This document shows, in pieces, positions 36,006-47,650 of a DNA stretch of 64,000 bases. Source of the DNA: Macrostomum lignano (Eukaryota); assembly GCA_002269645.1 (NCBI GenBank), contig NIVC01003617.1, positions 23,301-87,300 on the forward strand. The letters run 5' to 3'. The notes under the pieces are model-generated. The model saw nothing but the letters and a program-made list of their open reading frames with translations. It searched no databases and had not been told where the DNA came from. The position numbers and the translations under genes were made by a program. How positions within the stretch are numbered: the stretch's first letter is position 1; every line of letters starts with the position of its first letter.

Positions 36006-39000
36006 TCAGGATTTGTGGTAGCGGGTGTACTTTCTGCTGTTCTTATGAACTGGCATCTCCTTGGACTTGAACGCATTGAGCTCCTTCCTTATCTTCTCCT
36101 GCAATGGGTTTGGGGAGAATTTTCCCGGCTTAGCACAGCAGACTCCATAATCTTGAGGATTATTAATCTTCTGGCGTAATCTATTGACAGTTCAATGTCA
36201 CCGTTTAATCCCAGATAGAAGGATAATCTTATTTGATACTAAAATGATTAAAATCTGCACTGTAATTTAGGAAATCATCTCCACACTCATATAAATGCGA
36301 ATGCTAGCATCAAAATTTTTAATAAGACGCGTTTTGACCGACGCGAACTATTTTTGAAAAACAATGACGAGCATGAACTTATACGTCGAACCAAACGGTT
36401 GAGCAAATATGTATGATGTATGAAATTCAATATTCAAGCCAAGGACTGAAGCTTAAGAATGTACAAATGGACACTAGCTAATAAAGAAAGGGCAGGGACA
36501 AAATTTAGAATAGAATGCAGTTTTAAGGCTTCAAGTAAATCACTCCCGTTTCATACAATCGAGTTCCATATTGTTTATACTTGCACATGTACATGCTCAA
36601 TCGTTAGGTCTAAGTAATTGAAGGGGAACACTTTACCGCAGGTAATCTTCAGTTTCTCACCTTGTCCACCTCCGAGAGGCAGGTCCAAGGCTTGTCAGTC
36701 ACCCTGTCGTAGTCCTCAGTGCGGGTGACCTCGACGTAGTCGCTGAACTTGATTATCTGCCGGTCGCGGAGCTCCTCGACAGTCGGCCGGTAGCTCAGCT
36801 TCCTGGCTAGCAGGCGGATCTGCTGTCGCCGCTCGGACTCCAGCTGCTGGCTGCCGGTGGAGTGCAGGATGTTGCGCTCCAGCAGCTGCTCGCTGGTTGG
36901 CCTCAGGCTGAGCCGCCGCTCCAGCACAGCGCCGATTCTGTCCCGCTCCGACGGTGGCAGCTGCGAGCGAAGCCGCTGCAGGCCGGCCCGGCGCTCCTGA
37001 CGGCCGTTTTCCAGGAAACGCGAGAACGGATCGCGACGTTTGAGAGAATCGAAGTTCTGCCGCTGCTGCTGCTGGCCCTGATGGGGCTGCTGCTTTGAAG
37101 CAAGCTGACCGCTACTGCTGCACTTTTTAATGATGCCCTTGGCTGGCTGGCGACCAAAGTCGGGCTCCTTCGAAGGGACCTGCTCATAGCCTTCAGGCAC
37201 CGGCTCCTCTGATTCGGCAGGTTTGCAGGCTTCAACAGCGGTGACAGCCGTTGAGAACTCGGTCTGCCGCTGCTGGCCCTCGGGGATGAACTGAGACAGC
37301 GTCGCGAGCTCTCTCGGGTCCTTGCTTGGTTCGCATTCCACGGCGAGTCTAGAGGTGCAATTTTCTGTGGCTGTGAAGGCCAAGTCCGCACTGCTGACAG
37401 TCTGGACTATCGTTGCCGGGAGAGCCACGGCAACTGTTCCATTCTGTGCGGCTAATGAGATGGGTTAGATAGATTAGCAATCCATTCATTCGTGATAGCT
37501 AATGTAGACCTATATACGAGCAATATTAAGAAAAATAAAGATCGCAGCAGCTTCCGCAATGTTGATAATTGCAGCGAAACAGTCAGGCACGCAAGAACTG
37601 GTCGGATGCTTCCATCTCAAAAGTGACTCTGAAAACCGCTGAAGTAGTGAAAGAGCCCCAGGGAAAAGTTAGCCAAACGCCTTAAGCCCAGACTTCAGCC
37701 CTGTGCACGCATGAAATGTTGCCACTTCGTCAAGTGCTAATAGTTCCCGAGGCCCCTGCGGCCCCTCCAATCAATATTGACCGGCCGTTAGTCCGTCCAT
37801 TAGCAAAGCGAAAGCACTGCAGCTCATGAATTATTGATGAGCGGAGGGCAAGAATCAACTGCTAAACTGGGGACGGCTCTTGAGAAAGCAGTCTTGCCCG
37901 AACTGTTTCTTTGTGGAGTTGAGCGTTCTAGAAATTCATCTTTCTTGCTTTATTGACTTGGTTTCAAACTTAGAAAGTACTCGCCCTCTGGGGGGAATAC
38001 TGTACAAAAAATACACAAAAGCATTTAAATTCCTCTCAACTGAAAGCCCTCCCTGTTAATACAATACCGCACCCAGTCCCTTCTGCTAAAATTTCACTTA
38101 ATGAAGTTTCATCTCAAGCATTGGAGTCTTGGGGGTTACAAGTCGAATTTAAAGTCGGATCTACCGCGGGATGAAATAGATAATTTTTTAGGAAGGGTAC
38201 ATGAAAAAGGAAATATTTGCTTATTAGGGAATTATCATTAGGGTTTGTGTGCACCCTGGCGCACTGCACTTTAAGCGACATTGTCACACAACCGGCAAGA
38301 GGCACAACTGCCCATTCCGCCGACTCCCCTGAGCAGGTACACGAGCGCGTGGATACGTACACAGGCACACACGCACACTGGAGTGTACAGCGGCCCTAAC
38401 TTTATTTATCGTTAGGCATGTACATTTCACTGTGCCTTGGGCGTTGACTCTCAAGAGCGTTAATTGCACGAGCAGAGCCAAGCCGAGATTCCAATTTAGC
38501 CCCAAATTAATGTGACTGTACTTGGGACCGAGCCTGGACCGCTGGGACATCAGAGCGCCGCGCCAGACCACTGGGCGACGGCCTCCCTAATGACCTTAGT
38601 AATTTTTTGAACGAATTAAAATATGAATCACACAAAAATGATAATAATTTTCGTTCAACTAAGAAAGTGCGACTGCTGTAAATCGGAGCATTCCAATAAA
38701 ACTATTCGTCCCATCACCGATGCGCTCCCTGCGTACTCAAGTAGAAGGATGCTGAACTCTCAAACTGTTGTATCTTAATTCACCAGAACGTGGAAAGCTA
38801 CCTGGGACGATTTGGAAGTCTAAAAGGTAAGATACTTGTTAGTCACTTGCTAAGAAGGTTGACCTTTCCTACCGCTATTAATTCAAGAACAACTTTAGTC
38901 AGCCATTGTGGTGAAAAAGTCCTTTTCCTAGTGAACTTCTCAGGACTTGAGAGTGCTTCTATTGAGTAGTCCATGGCCTGTCCTCTATTCCCAAGAAATC

Positions 39001-39260
39001 CAAGAGGCTTCACCCGCTAAGCGACCTCCGCTGTTTCCACGCGTCCTGGCCTCCTGTTCGGACAGCCGAAGCAGTGATTCCGCGCCGAACTCCGAGCCAA
39101 TGCGCCGAGTGTAGCGCCGGGCGGTCACCGAGGACAGCGTCGTGACGCTGTCGGATAGATGGCGCCGGCAGCCGCGTCCGGCTTGCTGCTGGCTCCTGTG
39201 GTGCAGCCGCAGTGACTCGCTGCGCCGGCTGGACAGAGGCGTGGACTGGCAGCTGCCCAT
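36006..39260 (-). CDS. PHACTR: Phosphatase and actin regulator (Phactr): join(39260-39014, 37451-36661, 36098-36006), ~376 aa
   Basis: RPEL repeats LERRLSLRPTSEQLLERNIL and LARKLSYRPTVEELRDRQII. PP1-binding tail KFSDYVEV...YDR...DKPWT. The last exon EKIRKELNAFKSKEMPVH...TRYH follows a 562-bp GT-AG intron. Exon 1 is assigned on phase compatibility only. Confidence 0.92.
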
Positions 39261-39706
39261 CGCTGGACAGAACAAGTTGGTAGGAGAGAAAATCTCTGTG
39301 TCTGTTCTGTAATGTAAGTTCGCGACAAGTCAGAAGTCTCAATCATTTAAGCCCGTCGGTTCGTCCAGTTCCGCTCCGTTGCTCAGACAGAATGAACGGG
39401 AAGCAAAAACTCTTTGCGGTGTCAATTTTTTTGCTTCTGTTCGTGCGCCATGAATTGAATTCACTTGGCTTCGTTGGACCCTTCCTGCTGCTGTTCCTGT
39501 TAACTTATGACCTGAGCAACGCAGAGAGAAAATGTTTGAATAAACCAAAGGACACAATCGTGCAACATTCCTACACTAATTAAACAGGTAGGAATGTGTT
39601 TCTTAATTTATGCTCTGCTTATTACTTATAGTACCATATGCATGGCTTTAAGCAAGTGAGTGATTTTAATGTTTCTAAGTGTGTTTCACGCATTCACATG
39701 TAAACA

Positions 39707-40020
39707 GGGACTGTAGCCTAGTGGTTAGTGTCGGACACCGGACTAAAAGGTCGCGGATTGGATTCTGGATCCACTCGGAACAATTTGTGTCCTTAAGCAA
39801 GACACTTACCAGTAACTCTGCATTGCTTCAGTTCACCCAGCTGTAAAATGGGTGCCAGCATCAGCTGGGGTAATTAAGGCTGTGTGTGGCGACCCCCCGT
39901 CCTTGGATTGAACAGTCGTACGCCTCCTTCAGATGCGCCACGCAATAGCTGCGGCTGAGCTGTCGGTTGCACATCTGCCCATAGGCGCAGGTGCAATCAA
40001 TTATTATAACTGTTATCATC
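39707..40020 (+). mobile_element. tRNA-derived SINE with CORE/Meta-like central domain
   Basis: A-box TAGCCTAGTGG and a degenerate B-box, then GTGTCCTTAAGCAAGACACTT...CACCCAGCTGTAAAATGGG, then an AT-rich tail. Confidence 0.8.
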
Positions 40021-40627
40021 ATTCACGCATACATACAGAGAGCTATTGTGAAGATAGACAAAGAGCGCACGTATTATTGAGATACAATTTTATATCAAAA
40101 TTATTCCGGAAAACGTTGACACAAGAAACTATCTCTTTCCTGTGTGCAGTGTTCTTACTGTCTTTTTTGAATTTGAAATCGTTTTTTCCTTGCTTAAAAT
40201 CTGTAAACTAGTATCTAAACACGGAAAATCTAATGAGCCAGGGCCAGCAACGAGGCAGATCATCAGTAAAAAGTATAATACTGGGGTAGAGTTGCTCTCT
40301 TAGTAAATAGAATGACAAAGAGAACGACAATGCAAGCATTAGTTTTAATAGCCAACGCGTTTTGTCAAAGCTGTGGTCAGGATTCTTGAGGCTACGTACA
40401 TTCGTTTGCACAAGCCATCGTTGAATGTGCAGCTGGCTGGCATGGCAGGGGCATATTATATTCATTTTAAAAGTTCACAAATAGGTCTTATACTAGCAAT
40501 CTTCGCCCCCCGATGGGGGACATCTGGATAGAATCTCTGTTTTCTACAAGTAACAAAAAGACAGCCAAAAATCCTTCAAAAAGACAACAGACAAACTGCT
40601 CAAATGAAGCGCAGTGCAAAAAGAAAT

Positions 40628-41855
40628 CATCCCAAGACTGCAAGCATCCCCCAGATAGCAAGCATCCCCTAGATAGCAAGCATCCCCCAGATAGCAAGCA
40701 TCCCCCAGATAGCAAGCATCCCCAAGATAGCAAGCATCCCTCAGATAGCAAGCATCCCCCAGATAGCAAGCATCCCCCAGATAGCAAGCATCCCCCAGAC
40801 AGCAAGCATCCCCAGATAGCAAGCATCCCCTAGATAGCAAGCATCCCCAGATAGCAAGCATCCCCCAGATAGCAAGCATCCCCCAGATAGCAAGCATCCC
40901 CCAGATAGCAAGCATCCCCCAGATAGCAAGCATCCCCCAGATAGCAAGCATCCCCCAGATTGCAAGCATCCCCCAGATAGCAAGCATCCTCAGATAGCAA
41001 GCATCCCCCAGATAGCAAGCATCCCCCAGATAGCAAGCATCCCCCAGATAGCAAGCATCCCCCAGATAGCAAGCATCCCCCAGATAGCAAGCATCCCCCA
41101 GATAGCAAGCATCCCCCAGATAGCAAGCATCCTCAGATAGCAAGCATCCCCCAGATAGCAAGCATCCCCCAGATAGCAAGCATCCCCCAGATAGCAAGCA
41201 TCCCCCAGATAGCAAGCATCCCCCAGATAGCAAGCATCCCCCAGATAGCAAGCATCCCCCAGATTGCAAGCATCCCCCAGATAGCAAGCATCCCCAAGAT
41301 AGCAAGCATCCCCAGATAGCAAGCATCCCCCAGATAGCAAGCATCCCCCAGATAGCAAGCATCCCCCAGATAGCAAGCATCCCCCAGATAGCAAGCATCC
41401 CCCAGATAGCAAGCATCCCCCAGATAGCAAGCATCCCCCAGATAGCAAGCATCCCCCAGATAGCAAGCATCCCCCAGATAGCAAGCATCCCCCAGATAGC
41501 AAGCATCCCCCAGATAGCAAGCATCCCCCAGATAGCAAGCATCCCCCAGATAGCAAGCATCCCCCAGATAGCAAGCATCCCCAAGATAGCAAGCATCCCC
41601 AGATTGCAAGCATCCCCCAGATAGCAAGCATCCCCCAGATAGCAAGCATCCCCCAGATAGCAAGCATCCCCCAGATAGCAAGCATCCCCCAGATAGCAAG
41701 CATCCCCAGATAGCAAGCATCCCCCAGACAGCAAGCATCCCCCAGATAGCAAGCATCCCCCAGATAGCAAGCATCCCCAGATAGCAAGCATCCCCCAGAT
41801 AGCAAGCATCCCCAAGATAGATAGCATCCCCAAATAGCAAGCATCCACCAGACAA
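40628..41855 (+). repeat. 18-bp tandem repeat (AGATAGCAAGCATCCCCC), ~65 copies
   Basis: Direct inspection. Variation is mostly C4 versus C5 runs. One + frame reads (DSKHPP)n. Confidence 0.97.
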
Positions 41856-41949
41856 TAAGTAGCTAGTGCGACAATTTCCTTAGCATTATAGCGGCTCCTT
41901 TAAAATTCGCTTACTTTTACGTTTGAAATTGTGTATCTTTTATGTTTAA

Positions 41950-44185
41950 CAGGGTGGCTCTTTTATGTTCTACGCTCGTACATGGTAACTCTTTTATGTT
42001 TGATACGGTGGCTTTTCAATGTCTGACATAGTGGCTCTTCTATGTTTGACATGGGGGCTCTTCTATGTTTGACATGGGGCTCTTCTATGTTTGACAAAGT
42101 GGCTTTTTAATGTTTGACATGGTGGCTCTATTATGTTTGACATGGTGGCTCTTTAATGTTCAAAAAGGTGGCTCTTTTATGTTTGACATGGTGGCTCTTT
42201 AATGTTTGACATGGTGGCTCTTTAATGTTTGACATGGTGGCTCTTCAATGTTAGACAAAGTAGCTCTTTAATTTTTGACATGGTGGCTCTTTAATGTTGG
42301 ACATGGTGGCTCTTTAATGTTAGACATGGTGGCTCTTTAATGTTCGACATAAAGTCACTTATATGTTTGACATGATGGCTCTTTTATGTTTAACATAGTG
42401 GCTCTTTAATGTTTGACATGGTAGCTCTTTTATGTTCGACATGGTGGCTCTTCAATGTTAGACATGGTGGCTCTTTAATGTTCGACATAAAGTCACTTAT
42501 ATGTTTGACATGATGGCTCTTTTATGTTTAACATAGTGGCTCTTTAATGTTTGACATGGTAGCTCTTTTATGTTCGACATGGAGTTACGTATATGTTTTA
42601 CATGGTGGCTCTTTTATGTTCGACGTGGTGGCTCTTTAATGTTTGACATGGGGTCTCTTCAATGTTTGACATGGAGTTACGTATATGTTTGACATGGTGG
42701 CTCTTTAATGTTTTACGTGGTGGCTCTTTAATGTTTGACATGGGGTCTCTTCAATGTTTGACATGGAGTTACGTATATGTTTGACATGGTGGCTCTTTAA
42801 TGTTTTACATGGTGGCACTTTCATGTTTGACCTGGTGGCTCTTAAATGTTTGACATGGTGGCTCTTTAATGTTTGACATGGTGTCTCTTTAACGTTTGAC
42901 ATGGAGTCATGTATATGTTTGACATGGTGGCTCTTGATTGTTCGACATAGAGTCATGTATATGTTTGCCATGGTGGCTCTTTAATGTTTGACATGGTGGC
43001 TCTTTAATGTTTTACATGGTGGCACTTTCATGTTTGACCTGGTGGCTCTTAAATGTTTGACATGGTGGCTCTTTAATGTTTGACATGGTGGCTCTTGTAT
43101 TTTTAACACGTTGGATCTTTAATGTTCGACATGGTGGCTCTTTAATATCTAACATGGAGTCACGTATATGTTTGACATGGAGTCATGTATATGTCTGATA
43201 TGGTAGCTCTTTAATGTTTTACATGGAGTCACCTATATGTTTCACATGGTGGCTATTTTATGTTTGACATGGTGGTTCTTAAATGTTCGACATGGTGGCT
43301 CTTTAATGTTTGACCTGGTGGCTCTTTAATGTTTGACATGGTGGCTCTTTAATGTTTTATATGGTGGCACTTTCATGTTTGACCTAGTGGCTCTTTAATG
43401 TTTGACATGGTGGCTTTTTAATATTTGACATGGTGGCACTTTCATGTTTGACCTGGTGGGTCTTTAATGTTTGACATGGTACCTCTTTTATGTTCGACAT
43501 GGTGGCTCTTTAATGTTTTACATGGTGGCTCTTTAATGTTTGACCTGGTGGCTCTTTAATGTTTTACATTGTGGCTCTTTTATGTTCGACATGGTGGCTC
43601 TTTAATGTTTGATAAGGTGGCTCTTTAATGTTTGACATTGTGGCTCTTTAATATTTGACAAGGTGGCTCTTTAATGTTTTACATGGTGGCTCTTTAATGT
43701 TTGGCATGGTGACTCTTTTATGTTCTACATTGTGGCTCTTTTATGTTCGACATGGTGGCTCTTTAATGTTTGATAAGGTGGCTCTTTAATGTTTGACATG
43801 GTGGCTCTTTAATGTTCGACATGGTGGCTCTTTAATGTTCTTAATGGTGTCTGTTTTATGCTTGACACGGCGGCTCTTTAATGTTTGACATAGTAACTCT
43901 TTTAGGTTTGAAATGGTGTCTCTTTAATGTTTGCCATTGTGGCTCTTTAATGTTTGACATGGTGGCTCTTTAATGTTTGACATGGTAACTCTTTTATGTT
44001 TGATATGGTGGCTCTTTTATGTTCGACATGGTGGCTCTTTAATGTTCGACATGGTGGCTCTTTTAGGTTTGAAATGGTGGCTCTTTAATGTTTGACATTG
44101 TGGCTCTTTAATGTTTGAAATGGTGGCTCTTTAATGTTTGATATGGTGGCTCTTTTATGTTCGACATGGTGGCTCTTTAATGTTT
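41950..44185 (+). repeat. 23-bp tandem satellite (TGTTTGACATGGTGGCTCTTTAA), ~95 copies
   Basis: Period of 23 seen at 42181-42240. Internal multi-unit duplicated blocks are present. Confidence 0.97.
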
Positions 44186-45032
44186 AGAATTTTGTGTTTT
44201 TTAAGGTGTTTTAATAAAAAAACATTTTTCACTACTAAGATTCGAACCAAGGTCGCTACATTAGCATTCCAGTCTGTTTGCATCCGGCTATCTCTTTTCA
44301 ATTGGAGAACATGACTTGTGGCCCTTATAATTCAATACTTATAGCAAGTCGGTTAGAGTAAAAAGTTATGACATAATCAATTTCTCAGTCAGCCAGTATC
44401 AGTCTCAATTTAAGTTAGCGATATTGGTTACGCAATTTAAATCAAGTCGTGTGTGCATTTCTTCGACACTGTTTTCAACTTGTTGTGATGCAATCTTTAT
44501 CAGAATTGAAATTCAGTCAGTCAGGTTTTTCTCTAGCATTCTTACAATGCATTTCAAGTCGAAAATTTTGCTTGACCTTTGCAAAAAAGCATGTTTTTCG
44601 AATATTTAATCCCTTTAGAATTGAGCAATTTCTTAGCCAAGATGCATGTACCGTCCCAGGAAAATTTCTGATCGAATGGTGCAAGTTTGAAGAAAATCGG
44701 TTGAGCCAATTTTTCTGAAATCTATCGCATACCCACAGACAACTCATTTTTAGTATATAGGATTCCACATATATGACGAGCGTACACACAGGAATATAAG
44801 ATCTATAGTCTGCACGCATGTACTTGTAGATTTGTTCTCATAAACTTCACGACTAGCTTCGTTTATGGACAAGATCAAGCAAACCTTCGATGAAATATTT
44901 AATTAAAAAGCGCTCTTTAATCCAGACACGATGCTAGAATATATAGTTTCTGCTCTATTTAGAATGTAAGAAGATTATTGCATTGATTAGCATTCTCACG
45001 CTTAACAATACAAGTGCATCGCTGGCTGAACA

Positions 45033-45521
45033 ATGCAGCCCCGAGCTCAAGTAGAGCTGGACGCGGCGGCGGCCACGGACCTCTCGCCTAATGATGGCTT
45101 TGAATACTACGAGACGCAGCTGTTCGACGTCGGCATTCTGCGACCATCCCGCTGGCCGCAGATGTCAATCAGGCGCTGCCTCTCCCTGTTCCTAGTGGTC
45201 TCGATGAGCAGCACCGTCTCCTCAGCGCTCTACTTTGCTCAGTCTCTGCTTCTGATTCTATTCGTGCTCACTCACCTGGTCTCTACCGTGATAGCCATCT
45301 TCATCATTGTTGAGATCAGCGTCATCACGCAGAATCGGCAGCCATTTGACATTCCACTGGCGTTTCGATTTAACAAAAGCTGCAGTACACTGATTGACGT
45401 GGCTAACGTGCTCAAGTTCTCCTGTTACTCAAGCGCCGTGATCTTCTCCGTACTCATGCTGTTTCTAATTATCGCTCTGCTGCTCTGTCTGGACGTCAAT
45501 CTACATGACAATCTACGATGA
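45033..45521 (+). CDS. 162-aa small multi-pass membrane protein (3-4 hydrophobic helices), family not recognised
   Basis: ATG-initiated GC-richer ORF. Hydrophobic runs CLSLFLVVSM, LYFAQSLLLILFVLTHLVSTVIAIFIIV and AVIFSVLMLFLIIALLLCL. Confidence 0.7.
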   Translation: MQPRAQVELDAAAATDLSPNDGFEYYETQLFDVGILRPSRWPQMSIRRCLSLFLVVSMSSTVSSALYFAQSLLLILFVLTHLVSTVIAIFIIVEISVITQNRQPFDIPLAFRFNKSCSTLIDVANVLKFSCYSSAVIFSVLMLFLIIALLLCLDVNLHDNLR

Positions 45522-46616
45522 AAATCGCGCGGCAGTGCGTCTCAGGGTCTTCACAGCGATAATATAATATTACTCATTACTACGGTTGCAGTTACGAGTT
45601 TCACTGCGTTAAACCTCTTTAAGCCATGCATGCATTTCAACAGCCAGTAGCTCGTATATCGTTGCTAAAATAATTGCTATCTTGTTACGTCGCGTATACT
45701 TAAGCACCGCGGATAGACCATGTACTTTTCGTCTCTGTACTTTTCGTCTTCCGTCAAGCCTGCAGCACCGGTACAACTTTGTGTACAGTGACACCGAATC
45801 TTTCATATTGAATGTACGATATGTACGAGCTATGAATCAATAGTTTTCAATTGATTCAATCGATTCATATATAAATGATTCAATATATGAATCAATTATA
45901 TTATAGTTATTTTAGTTTTCAATTATAGTTTTTTAGCAGAATGTAGGGAGTTTGCGACTACAGATACGTCGTAGGTGCCTACATGTACATTTAATTTTGT
46001 ATAAATAATATATTGTAGCGTGCACACTGGGTGAGCGTACGCATGTATATACGAGTAGTTACTGCATGCCTGCCTGCGAGAATATCCTCGTGCTTGTATG
46101 TGCTCAGGAGTGAGTGGATCGCGGAATAAGCAAAGATTGTCCCATCGCTGCGTGTGGGACGTCATATATGGTGCCAACAGCCCTGCTGCGAACATTCTGT
46201 AGTGCTACTCCTCCTCGGGTTCTTGAAGATGTTCCTAGAAATAGAACCCGCTGCTCCTGAAGTAGCTAGATAGCACCGTTGTACTACCTATCGATTTGCC
46301 TGAAATGAACCTAAAACGTTAGCCTTGACTTGGTAGGGTTGCTGCCACCTTGGTGTGCGGACTCGACGCGTCGGCAGAGTTGTCTATCCGTCACCTGAAA
46401 TAAAATAACGAAGTCGCTCAGAGCAAAGGCAAATCTGTAAAATGTCTCGACATGTCTCTTAGTAGAATGCTGCTCGAACCTGAAAACCTGTAAAACCTGA
46501 AATGAGAGAGGAGAGCTCGGAGGCAGAGAGGCAGCTCCGGTCGAGCCCAGACAGGACGACGCAATCGGTTCCGCGTTGCTCCACGATCTGGAGAAAAATG
46601 GCTCGCAGATGCTCCG

Positions 46617-47043
46617 TATTTATAGCCGAGCGGACCCCCAAAAGTGACGTGAGTTTCATGCGGTGAGCGCGTGAAACTTCCTTATTTGGTCACTAAAATC
46701 ATGCGAGCGACGCGTGATTCAAGGCCAACTTCCAAATAAGGCAACCCTGTCACGCAGCAGTGGCGTGACTCAAGGTCAGTGGCCACGCACAGTGTGCGTG
46801 CACAGTCACGTGCTTTTCTGTGCTAAAAATAGAACATGGGCGGATGAGTCATCCTGTTTACTCCCTCTAGGCCGCCCTTCACTCCGCGCAGGTGATGAGT
46901 CATCCTGCTACGCCTCCTCAGCGCGAGTGGGAAGATATTGAGTGTGGCTGCCCACGCCTGCTCAGGCGATGAGTCATCGGGCAGTAAACACTTAGGCCCA
47001 GCACAGGGTAACTCTCTCTCTCTTGCTCAGGTGGACTGAGTCA
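46617..47043 (-). promoter_or_regulatory. Candidate AP-1 site cluster upstream of a minus-strand TATA box
   Basis: TGA(G/C)TCA at 46766, 46845, 46896, 46970 and 47037. TGACGTGA at 46645. TATAAATA on the minus strand at 46624-46617. Confidence 0.5.
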
Positions 47044-47650
47044 CTGTGCAGCGGACCACAGCACTCTTGGGAAAGCTAGTGAATGCTGCTGAATAGCCAG
47101 TTAGCAGCCAGTCACTACAATTCATATGGATTATTATGCAGACGTTCAAAAAGGGAATAATTCAGCTTCTTAAAAATATTTGCATGGTTCGTAGCGTGTT
47201 GCGTAATTCTATCGAATACTCGAGTAGTCCATGCTTGTCTCCCTGCGACTGCTGCTTGTTGACTATGGGTTGACTGTCCACCTTGATCTGCACTAACAAA
47301 TATACTATTTGCAAATTCAAACTTGTCACAATAATTCCAAGACGCACGAGCGTACTTAGTTACTAGAAGATCGTTAAGCAATCGAAAGTATGAAACGTCT
47401 AATTGGTAAACTACACTCGTAGTTGTGAGCTTCAAGACAAAGAAAACAACAATGCACGGTGTGATTTATTTTCACGCGTTTACTATTTTTAAAACAAAGT
47501 TTGTTCTCTTTTCAACTCAGATTTCCTCACAAGATTTTCAATGTCCAAGAAAAATGAAGATTGCGTTCTCTTGCGCAGATTTAGCAAACAGCAATCATAA
47601 AAGAAAAGGCAGCGCAGTTTTTAGAACGAATAAAAAATTGCGCGTCCGAA

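Noticed and set aside
38284-38571. Alternative Phactr exon with a hydrophobic stretch
   Set aside because: No convincing donor in the required phase 1.
40488-41855. Long minus-strand ORFs (GGCLLS/GDACYL/GMLAIW repeats)
   Set aside because: All minus frames of the 18-bp unit lack stops, so openness is uninformative.
44240-44295. tRNA gene (GGTTCGAAT B-box on minus strand)
   Set aside because: No cloverleaf could be formed; at most a decayed SINE head.
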